IMG/VR virus record: IMGVR_UViG_3300012155_000041
Span: 1 to 9,014 of that record
Reading direction: 5' to 3' (one strand)
Source: a virus
Lineage: Duplodnaviria > Heunggongvirae > Uroviricota > Caudoviricetes
DNA: 9,014 bases
Below the pieces are notes generated by a model. The model did not search any database. It was not told the DNA's origin and worked only from the letters and a program-made list of their open reading frames with translations. Below, one piece after another: positions 1 through 6,201 of the stretch; positions within the stretch are counted from its first letter, which is position 1, and the number at the start of each line of letters is the position of its first letter. The translations under genes were made by a program, and so were the position numbers.

Positions 1-261
1 GCGCTTATTGTTCGCCAGCAGCGACTGAAATTAAACCTGTCCGGAAGGCTGGCAATAAAAATTATTGCAGAGCCGCCGGATAAGCGCCGTCGTGACCTGG
101 ACAATATTCTGAAAGCACCACTGGATGCGCTGACGCATGCGGGGCTTCTCATCGACGACGAGCAGTTTGATGAAATTAATATTGTGCGCGGTCAGGTCGT
201 TCCTGGTGGTCGGTTGGGCGTGAAGATTTACGAAATTACAGGTGATAACGATGGTGCGTGA
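1..261 (+). CDS. rusA: Crossover junction endodeoxyribonuclease RusA (Holliday junction resolvase), C-terminal part; 5' end lies outside the window
   Basis: Frame 1 is open from base 1 to TGA at 259-261 and translates to ...[58 protein letters not shown], which I recognise as the conserved RusA C-terminus. Position directly upstream of Q is the usual lambdoid arrangement. Confidence 0.8.
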   Translation, partial: ALIVRQQRLKLNLSGRLAIKIIAEPPDKRRRDLDNILKAPLDALTHAGLLIDDEQFDEINIVRGQVVPGGRLGVKIYEITGDNDGA

Positions 262-637
262 TATTCAGCAGGTTATGGAGCGGTGGGGGGCATGGGCTGC
301 AAACAATCACGAAGATGTGTCCTGGGCGTCAATCGCTGCTGGTTTTAAAGGATTAATTCCGCCGAAAGTGAAATCACGTCCTCAGTGTTCTGATGATGAT
401 GCGATGATAATTTGTGGCTGTATGGCCCGGTTGAACAAGAAAAATCAGGATTTGCACGATTTGTTGGTGGATTATTACGTAGGTGGAATGACTTTTATGG
501 GGTTGGCACGAAAGCATGGGTGTTCGGATACCTGTATTGGCAAGCGCCTGCAGAAAGCGGAAGGGGTTATTGATGGTATGTTGATGATGCTTGATATCCG
601 ACTGGAGATGGACAGATACGTAGAACGAATTATATAG
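251..637 (+). CDS. Late-gene antitermination protein Q (phage 82 / DLP12 QuuD-like)
   Basis: ORF 242..637; ATG at 251 is preferred because AGGTGA at 240-245 sits 5 nt upstream, whereas 242 is a GTG. Product [35 protein letters not shown]...CGCMARL...[11 protein letters not shown] resembles the 82-type Q antiterminators as I recall them. Overlaps the rusA stop, typical for rusA-Q. Confidence 0.85.
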   Translation: MVRDIQQVMERWGAWAANNHEDVSWASIAAGFKGLIPPKVKSRPQCSDDDAMIICGCMARLNKKNQDLHDLLVDYYVGGMTFMGLARKHGCSDTCIGKRLQKAEGVIDGMLMMLDIRLEMDRYVERII

Positions 638-642
638 GCGCT

Positions 643-673
643 TGACCAGACACATTGTCCGGGGCTATATTTC
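643..673 (+). promoter_or_regulatory. Candidate late promoter PR' with Q-utilisation region (sigma70-type, TTGACC -35 and TATATT/CTATAT -10)
   Basis: TTGACC at 643-648 lies 6 nt after the Q stop codon; CTATAT/TATATT at 666-673 gives a 17-19 bp spacer. Location immediately downstream of Q matches the known position of PR' in 82-like phages. Not tested. Confidence 0.5.
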
Positions 674-732
674 TGACGCAGCCGCAAAATCGGTTGTCGG
701 GATTGGCGTCCCGGATAGAAACCGCGACAGAT

Positions 733-757
733 ACACGCCGCGAGCGTGTTTTTTATT
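733..757 (+). terminator. Intrinsic terminator, candidate tR' (end of the short PR' leader RNA)
   Basis: GC-rich hairpin ACACGC-CGCGA-GCGTGT (733-749) followed by TTTTTTATT. It lies about 60-80 nt downstream of the candidate PR', the expected geometry for the lambdoid 6S-type leader transcript. Confidence 0.55.
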
Positions 758-915
758 GTCGTATGCACGCGCACATCTGAACTATGGTGAGCTGTGTGGG
801 GGAGCTTAAAAGCTCGCCGGTCGGTTTCCCGGTTACGCCAACCCTGCACAGTTCACCACCAGACGGTTGGCGTCGTCGGTGGTGAGTTATTTAGAAACCA
901 CTCGAGGGCGTCATT

Positions 916-1503
916 ATGACAACTCAAATCTCTGTTGAAACTCTCTCCCCGATCACCCATAACCAGATCCCCGTTATCACTACTGAACTTTTGGCGCAGC
1001 TTTACGGTACCGAGATCAACAATATCAAAGTCAATTACACCCGTAATGCTGAAAGGTTTGTTGAGGGAAAACACTTTTTCAAAGTTGGTGGCGATGCCCT
1101 GAAAAATTTGCGGGTTACTTTAAGTAACTCACAAAATTTGCAACCATCTTTAAGAGGGTTACAAATTTCCCCGAAAACCCGCTCGCTCATACTCTGGACA
1201 GAACGCGGAGCAGCCCGCCACGCAAAAATGCTGGAAACCGATCAGGCATGGGAGGTATTCGAAAAACTGGAAGATTGTTATTTCAGCCGAAAACAACCAG
1301 CTGCAGCACAAAACACATCTATCGAAAATGATGGGGGCGCATTACTGATTCACTTCGATAAACACGGGCAGGTCGAGTTCACGGAAAAAGTACCCGCCGA
1401 TGCGATGGTATGCACTCTGGAGCGGTTTAAATTTTATCTGGAACAACGCGGCTGGATCGTTGCCCGTAAAGAGCAACTGGTGGAACGGCTGATGCGGCTT
1501 TAA
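916..1503 (+). CDS. ORF6N-domain protein (KilA-N-related putative DNA-binding domain) with an uncharacterised ~70-aa C-terminal region; first gene of the late transcript
   Basis: 195-codon ORF with GAGGG 8 nt upstream of the ATG. The N-terminal ~125 aa show the ORF6N pattern (LAQLYGTE..N..RNAERFVEGKHFF ... LWTERGAARHAKMLETDQAWEVFE), recalled from the family consensus; the C-terminal part is not recognised. Confidence 0.7.
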   Translation: MTTQISVETLSPITHNQIPVITTELLAQLYGTEINNIKVNYTRNAERFVEGKHFFKVGGDALKNLRVTLSNSQNLQPSLRGLQISPKTRSLILWTERGAARHAKMLETDQAWEVFEKLEDCYFSRKQPAAAQNTSIENDGGALLIHFDKHGQVEFTEKVPADAMVCTLERFKFYLEQRGWIVARKEQLVERLMRL

Positions 1504-1580
1504 GAAATTTTCCCCGAACGCTTTACGATCGTAAAAAGTTGAATATCCTGTTAAGAGTGGTTACTACGCCACACAGCTTA

Positions 1581-1604
1581 AACCCGCCGTGAGCGGGTTT
1601 TTTA
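1581..1604 (+). terminator. Intrinsic terminator downstream of the ORF6N gene
   Basis: Hairpin AACCCGC-CGTGA-GCGGGTT (1581-1599) followed by a T-run to 1604. Confidence 0.6.
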
Positions 1605-2347
1605 TGCCCGAAAAGCGGCACAGTACGTTAAACGTGCTGGTGGTTGCGAATACCGGTTGGCGATTATCAGGGATGTTTGGTTGCTGATTTTTTATGGGGT
1701 CTGGCTCAATAATAAAGGCAGTACTTTCACTGGGACGTCGTGCAATTGGTGTAAAACTGGAGGAAGAGAGATTCAATCAAACGGTTGGTGAAGTGCGGCA
1801 AAAATGCTGACTGGCGATATTGTTTTTTATGTTTTTATAAAAAAACAAAAACATATGGATATATTTGCATTTTTTGACAGTGTTACCTGTTGAAACCTTG
1901 CATCAGATAATTATTATTTGCGCTGGTTTTTGGGAAAGATTCTTTTACGAGGTTAATTATCTTTTCCCTGTAACCCGGAGTACTGGTGTATAGCAGTTGT
2001 AATCCTGATTGTTCAGGTTAATGATGTCGCTGCCAGCTTCACGGGAATATGACTAAGCCTTATTCGTTTAGCACTGGCGCGTTTTGCGTGGGATTAGGTT
2101 GTTGAGAAGTGTATGCCCACCCCGAACTATAATGTGCAACCTGTTATAGTTTCAGTGCTTGTTTTTTTTACAGTATCAGAATGGCGCATTGTCGAAAAGA
2201 AGTAGCAGGATTTAGCGTCGAGAGGCTGATGATGCGTCATTCTGATGCTGTTGCAGATATAATTTGAGGTGTATCCCAGTGCGGGAGTGGCCGGGAATAT
2301 TTTACGCCGAAGGTCACAACATATTGCTTATTGAGGCAGGTGATATG

Positions 2348-2371
2348 TTTCGGGAGGCACCCGACACCTCA
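2348..2371 (+). repeat. 24-nt box TTTCGGGAGGCACCCGACACCTCA, copy A (self-complementary core; candidate sRNA element)
   Basis: Identical 24-mer occurs again at 3114-3137. It contains nested complementary segments (TCGGG/CCCGA, GAGG/CCTC) and is preceded in both copies by CAGGT(G)AT. No CRISPR-like regular spacing and no ORF is conserved across the two copies. Confidence 0.6.
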
Positions 2372-2405
2372 AACCTTATAATGATAGCGTGTTCTTTTAG
2401 TCATT

Positions 2406-2431
2406 AACCGTCGTGTCAGGCGGTTTTTTTT
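2406..2431 (+). terminator. Intrinsic terminator following box copy A
   Basis: AACCG-(10-nt loop)-CGGTT followed by eight T. The stem is weaker than in copy B, but the AACCG...CAGGCGG-T(8-9) arrangement is shared by both copies. Confidence 0.45.
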
Positions 2432-2578
2432 ACGCAGCGGTATAAAAATATCATATTTAATAATTGCCAGAGAAATAAATTTGTTTGTATATTGTCGGGC
2501 ATGTGTTACTCGTGCGTGAAAAGTTCACAAAAAGTAAGAACAAAAAGATAAATTTACATAACTTGACTTGATGCGTTA

Positions 2579-2606
2579 TTGCTCCTGCATCATTTAACCG
2601 TATTAT
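2579..2606 (+). promoter_or_regulatory. Putative sigma70 promoter for the tRNA pair (TTGCTC -35, TATTAT -10), preceded by an A-rich upstream tract
   Basis: TTGCTC at 2579-2584, 16-bp spacer, TATTAT at 2601-2606, about 60 nt upstream of the tRNA-Thr 5' end. The A/T-rich tract at 2520-2560 resembles the UP/FIS regions of stable-RNA promoters. Sequence-pattern call only. Confidence 0.3.
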
Positions 2607-2667
2607 CAAAGGCGGTTCTGAGGGGGGCACCTGTTCACCGATGATATTGATTCCCTGAAGAACCAAT

Positions 2668-2743
<76 letters not shown>

Positions 2744-2746
2744 TAT

Positions 2747-2821
<75 letters not shown>

Positions 2822-3113
2822 ACAGTAGACGAAATCTGGTTATATTAGGCACTGCACATTGATATGTGGGGCGTTTTCCTGATTCCTTACCGCGTCCTGT
2901 TCTGTAATATGTGATGCAGGTTACAGTCCAGTGCCATTTTTTTACAATAATGGCATGGTGCATTGTCGGTGGAGATTTTGTATTTCCTGGCAGGGGCCGA
3001 TGATGCACTATCCCTGTGTTGTAAAATAATACCGCAGAGGTGTTCCTCAGCGCGAGGGTGGTTTAAAGAGTCGGTTTAGCGGGAAACCACAGTATCTGCT
3101 AACGGGTCAGGTA

Positions 3114-3137
3114 TTTCGGGAGGCACCCGACACCTCA
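3114..3137 (+). repeat. 24-nt box TTTCGGGAGGCACCCGACACCTCA, copy B
   Basis: Exact second copy of the box at 2348-2371, again followed about 40 nt later by a terminator. Confidence 0.6.
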
Positions 3138-3177
3138 GTTTTACAACAATAAAAACAGCTTATATTTTGCATTGACC

Positions 3178-3204
3178 AACCGCCACACCAGGCGGTTTTT
3201 TTTT
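3178..3204 (+). terminator. Intrinsic terminator following box copy B
   Basis: Perfect 7-bp stem AACCGCC/GGCGGTT with loop ACACCA, followed by nine T (3196-3204). Confidence 0.6.
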
Positions 3205-3372
3205 ATTCACAATCCTGTTTCTTATGGCTCGCTACGGCGAGCTTTTTCATACCTGCGTCACGACTGGCGCTCATCAAATAACACCAGATAAAAGGCATTT
3301 GTGGGTGCCTTTGATGTGGTGTTGTTTTTTATGGGCCGCTGGTGGCCATTTTTTATTTACAGGAGAAAAAGT

Positions 3373-3765
3373 ATGTCTGAACCCTTATCCGGTTCCGGCA
3401 CGGCTGCGGCGCTCGGCGGGGCGACGGTATTCGGGCTGTTTACCGGAACGGATTTCGGGATTGTGTTTGGTGCGTTTGCCGGGGCGTTGTTTGTGGCAAC
3501 GATGCCGCAGGCGCTTTCAGCCTGGCGTGTGGCGGCGCATTTTCTGGTGTCGTTCATTATCGGCGTGCTGGGCGCAGAGGTTCTGGCATCCTGGCTGGTA
3601 AAGCATACAGGGTTTGACGGTGCGCCTGTCGACGCACTGTGTGCAGTGCTGGTGTCAGTGGTGTCGGTGAAGATTCTCTCGTTCATCCACCAGCAGGATA
3701 TTGCATCACTGGTGTCCGGCCTGTTCTCCCGCCTGCGGGGTGGAGGAGGCGGCAATGTTAAGTAA
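3373..3765 (+). CDS. Multi-pass membrane protein of the lysis cassette (putative holin or antiholin; 3-4 predicted transmembrane segments, Gly-rich C-tail)
   Basis: ORF 3301..3765; ATG at 3373 preferred because AGGAG at 3361-3365 is 7 nt upstream. Product MSEPLSGSGTAAALGGATVFGLFTG... has several hydrophobic stretches and a short hydrophilic C-terminus, and sits immediately upstream of the endolysin. Function inferred from position and hydropathy only. Confidence 0.55.
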   Translation: MSEPLSGSGTAAALGGATVFGLFTGTDFGIVFGAFAGALFVATMPQALSAWRVAAHFLVSFIIGVLGAEVLASWLVKHTGFDGAPVDALCAVLVSVVSVKILSFIHQQDIASLVSGLFSRLRGGGGGNVK

Positions 3766-4030
3766 CCTTCCCGGATTACTGAATGTGGCGTTATGCACGG
3801 TTATCGTGCTGACGCTCTTTTTTTATCGTCGCCGTGATTCCAGACATAAACCGCTGATGTCATGGCTGGCCTGGCTGCTGATGCTGCTGTATGCCTTTGC
3901 GCCCCTCAGCTATCTGTGTGGTCGCCCGTTAGCAACGGGCTGGCTGGAAGTGTTTTTTAATCTGCTGTTCTGCGTGTTGGTGATACGCGCACGCGGGAAC
4001 GTCACAAAAATCTTTCCATTGTTGAGGTGA
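3755..4030 (+). CDS. Second lysis-cassette membrane protein, about 91 aa with 3 predicted transmembrane segments (class-I-holin-like topology)
   Basis: ATG at 3755 with GGAGGAGG at 3742-3749; its start overlaps the stop of the preceding gene (ATGTTAAGTAA). Product MLSNLPGLLNVALCTVIVLTLFFYRRRD... has three hydrophobic segments separated by charged loops. Its stop at 4028-4030 abuts the endolysin start. Confidence 0.55.
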   Translation: MLSNLPGLLNVALCTVIVLTLFFYRRRDSRHKPLMSWLAWLLMLLYAFAPLSYLCGRPLATGWLEVFFNLLFCVLVIRARGNVTKIFPLLR

Positions 4031-4032
4031 AT

Positions 4033-4410
4033 ATGTCGGGTAAATTCAGATTCAGCCGTCGCAGTGAAAAAAATCTGGAGGGTGTCAAACCACAGCTGGT
4101 TGCTGTCGTTCGCCGTGCGCTGGAGCTGACGGAGGTTGACTTTGGTATTACGGAAGGGCTGCGCACGAAAGAACGCCAGAAACAGCTGGTCGCGGAAGGG
4201 AAAAGCCAGACCATGAACAGCCGCCACCTGACCGGTGATGCGGTGGATGTTGTTGCCTGGGTTGGCAGCCAGGTGTCATGGGACTGGCCTCTGTACGAGA
4301 AAATCGCGCAGGCATTTAAGCAGGCTGCCGCAGAGCTGGGAACTGCCATCGAATGGGGCGGGGACTGGAAAACACTGAAAGACGGGCCTCACTTTCAGTT
4401 GAAACGCTGA
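4033..4410 (+). CDS. Endolysin, zinc peptidase M15 family (putative L-alanyl-D-glutamate or D-Ala-D-Ala type peptidoglycan peptidase)
   Basis: ORF 4027..4410; ATG at 4033 with GAGGTGA 4-10 nt upstream. Product has the spacing of the M15 zinc-ligand motifs (SRHLTGDAVDV ... DGPHFQL) and is the right size (about 125 aa) for phage M15 endolysins. Confidence 0.8.
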   Translation: MSGKFRFSRRSEKNLEGVKPQLVAVVRRALELTEVDFGITEGLRTKERQKQLVAEGKSQTMNSRHLTGDAVDVVAWVGSQVSWDWPLYEKIAQAFKQAAAELGTAIEWGGDWKTLKDGPHFQLKR

Positions 4411-4424
4411 TAACCAGGTGTGTT

Positions 4425-4607
4425 ATGAGCAGAAAACACTGGACACACAGAATGCCGCGAACGGCGGCGAAATGGGCACTGGTAGCGATACTGGTGCCTT
4501 TTTTTCTGGTGGGATGCGTCAGTCTGGATAAGGCGCGCCAGCTTTTCGATACAGCTTCTCAGGTCTGTGAAATTGTCGACGGTGTTCGGCAGTGTCTGCA
4601 GAACTGA
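4425..4607 (+). CDS. Small lipoprotein (signal peptide with lipobox LVGC; about 30-aa mature part with two further Cys), possible outer-membrane spanin-like lysis accessory protein
   Basis: ATG at 4425 with AGGTG upstream, in frame with ORF 4353..4607. Product MSRKHWTHRMPRTAAKWALVAILVPFFLVGC|VSLDKARQLFDTASQVCEIVDGVRQCLQN has a positively charged n-region, hydrophobic core and lipobox. It sits where Rz/Rz1-type genes are normally found. Confidence 0.5.
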   Translation: MSRKHWTHRMPRTAAKWALVAILVPFFLVGCVSLDKARQLFDTASQVCEIVDGVRQCLQN

Positions 4608-4780
4608 TCGCCTGTAAGAGCAGAATATTTTGCTGAAAAATGAAGGATGCGTCAGCGTCCGGAAAGCATGAAATTCTGCTGTGTGTGTCAATTTGTCTTA
4701 TACATTCTGAATATTGCCGAATCAGGATGAACTTTGATCAACAGCCCGGGCGGCAAGGGGCATTTTTATCCGGAGGGGAT

Positions 4781-4987
4781 ATGAAGAGATTACTGGTAAC
4801 CGTAAAGCCCTTTAACGGAACGATTCCATTCAGGGTTTTGCAGCGTGGACGTGTTCTGGTTAAGGATATCTTCAGTGGTAAATGCACGGAGTGTTATTCC
4901 CGGACATATGAAGTGGATGCCACGGATGAAGAGGTAACTGTTGAGTGTGATAGCGGGATAGTCTCAGCTACATTGCTTCATGGATGA
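4781..4987 (+). CDS. Hypothetical protein, 68 aa, soluble, Cys-containing (C..C...C)
   Basis: Strong RBS GGAGGGG at 4772-4778 before the ATG at 4781. The longer ORF 4640..4987 in the track has no RBS at its 5' end. No recognisable domain. Confidence 0.5.
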   Translation: MKRLLVTVKPFNGTIPFRVLQRGRVLVKDIFSGKCTECYSRTYEVDATDEEVTVECDSGIVSATLLHG

Positions 4988-5012
4988 ACTGGGTTGTTGC
5001 TGGAGGATGCAA

Positions 5013-5213
5013 ATGAATTACCAGCTGGCAAAACTTTATCGTGGTAAACATTTCGTAGGGTATGGGATTGCAGTTAATGGTGAGTTACTGGAAGGACAGC
5101 TTTTCGCCAGGACAGAGTCACGCGGAGGCGAGCCACCAACAGTCACTGTGACTTTCAGACTGACAGCAGAGCATATCGAGAATCAGCCCGTCATTAAACT
5201 GAACAGGGGGTGA
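5013..5213 (+). CDS. Hypothetical protein, 66 aa
   Basis: GGAGG at 5002-5006 is 6 nt upstream of the ATG at 5013 (the in-frame ATG at 5007 is too close to the RBS). Stop at 5211-5213 lies just before the HNH gene. No recognisable domain. Confidence 0.5.
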   Translation: MNYQLAKLYRGKHFVGYGIAVNGELLEGQLFARTESRGGEPPTVTVTFRLTAEHIENQPVIKLNRG

Positions 5214-5220
5214 GGTATTT

Positions 5221-5571
5221 ATGCCATCACGAATCCCCCGCGCATGTCGTAAGCGAGGCTGCGCAGGCACAACAACAGACAGCTCTGGCTACTGCGATAA
5301 ACATCGGGGTGAAGGCTGGGTGCAGCACCAACGTGGACTGAGCCGCCACCAGCGTGGCTATGGCTCGAAATGGGATGCCATACGTGCGCGCATACTGAAG
5401 CGTGATAATCATCTGTGTCAGAACTGCCTGCGCAATGGGAGAGCCGTTGAAGCCAGAACTGTGGACCACATCATTCCGAAAGCGCATGGCGGAACAGACG
5501 CAGACAGTAACCTGCAGAGTCTGTGCTGGCCCTGTCATAAAGCAAAAACAGCGCGCGAACGCATCAATTGA
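5221..5571 (+). CDS. Phage HNH homing-type endonuclease (terminase-associated)
   Basis: RBS GGGGGTGAGG before the ATG at 5221. Product has N-terminal Cys pairs plus an HNH core (DHIIPKAHGG ... NLQSLCWPCHKAKT). Position immediately upstream of a P27-family small terminase is the conserved HK97-like arrangement. Confidence 0.85.
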   Translation: MPSRIPRACRKRGCAGTTTDSSGYCDKHRGEGWVQHQRGLSRHQRGYGSKWDAIRARILKRDNHLCQNCLRNGRAVEARTVDHIIPKAHGGTDADSNLQSLCWPCHKAKTARERIN

Positions 5572-5718
5572 TAACAGTTCCCATCTGCAGGGGAGGGGCG
5601 GGTCAAATCTCTGCCGCCCTGGCTGCTCAGTACCGCCGCCTGACCCTTCCTCGCATCGCCGCAGGTTCGAAAACTTTTTTTTGGAATGTGATTGAATGAT
5701 TGATAGGTAAAACCGATT
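5572..5718 (+). other. Intergenic region expected to contain the cohesive-end (cos) site and packaging signals
   Basis: In HK97-like genomes cos lies between the HNH gene and the small terminase gene. This 147-bp region has a G-rich tract (GGGGAGGGGCGGG, 5590-5602), an inverted repeat GGGCGG...CCGCCC (5596-5619) and a T9 run (5675-5683). The exact cos cut site cannot be determined from sequence alone. Confidence 0.3.
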
Positions 5719-6201
5719 ATGTCAGGACCCCCGAAAACCCCGCCACGCCTGCATTTGATACGAGGTAACCCCTCAAAGCGCCCCGTTAAAGACCCAAAAA
5801 AAACCGCTAAAAAGGATGAAAAAGGTCTCCCTAAAATTCCGCAACATTTAGGGTCGCAGGGGAAGTACTGGTTCAGGCGAATGGCGGAAGAACTGAATGC
5901 GGAAGGGATCATTTCTCAGCTTGATGCGCGTGCACTCGAGTTACTGGTGGAAGCCTACACCGAATACCGGCATCACTGCGAAACACTTGATGCTGAGGGT
6001 TATACCTACCGCACGGAAACGCAGAACGGTGATGTGCTGATTAAGGCACACCCGGCTGCTGCGATGAAAGCGGATGCCTGGAAGCGGATCCGGGCGATGC
6101 TTGCAGAATTTGGTATGTCACCGGCAAGCCGGGCGAAAGTAAATACCGCCGGACCGGATGATGTTGATCCGCTGGCGGAGCTTTTAAAAGCGAGAGACTG
6201 A
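5719..6201 (+). CDS. Terminase small subunit, P27 family
   Basis: 160-aa product with a basic N-terminus and the conserved ...LLVEAYTEYR...AEFGMSPASRAKV... P27-family pattern. Its stop overlaps the large terminase start (TGATG at 6199-6203). Confidence 0.85.
   Translation: MSGPPKTPPRLHLIRGNPSKRPVKDPKKTAKKDEKGLPKIPQHLGSQGKYWFRRMAEELNAEGIISQLDARALELLVEAYTEYRHHCETLDAEGYTYRTETQNGDVLIKAHPAAAMKADAWKRIRAMLAEFGMSPASRAKVNTAGPDDVDPLAELLKARD

Noticed and set aside
803-816. Palindrome GAGCTTAAAAGCTC downstream of the candidate tR'
   Set aside because: Short and A/T-looped with no following T-tract; could be a binding site, but a 14-bp palindrome alone is not significant.
475-849. 124-aa minus-strand ORF overlapping the Q gene and the PR' region
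   Set aside because: Antisense to the conserved Q reading frame and it would run across the late promoter and terminator; no independent support.
1564-1776. 70-aa minus-strand ORF (and a 69-aa one at 2457..2666) in the ORF-free region
   Set aside because: Low-complexity translations, no RBS, and they overlap terminator and promoter-like sequence of the + strand; judged non-coding.
2345-2407. 20-codon ORF (MFREAPDTSNLIMIACSFSH) with an RBS-like GAGGCAGGTG that starts just before box copy A
   Set aside because: Box copy B is identical at the nucleotide level but has no start codon and a different downstream frame, so conservation is at the RNA level; a micro-peptide cannot be excluded but is not supported.
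3224-3755. Alternative ORFs at the first lysis gene (3224..3601 +, 3357..3755 -, and the 5' extension 3301..3372)
   Set aside because: The frame carrying the hydrophobic protein has a strong RBS at 3361-3365 for the ATG at 3373; the other ORFs are out-of-frame or antisense overlaps with no RBS.
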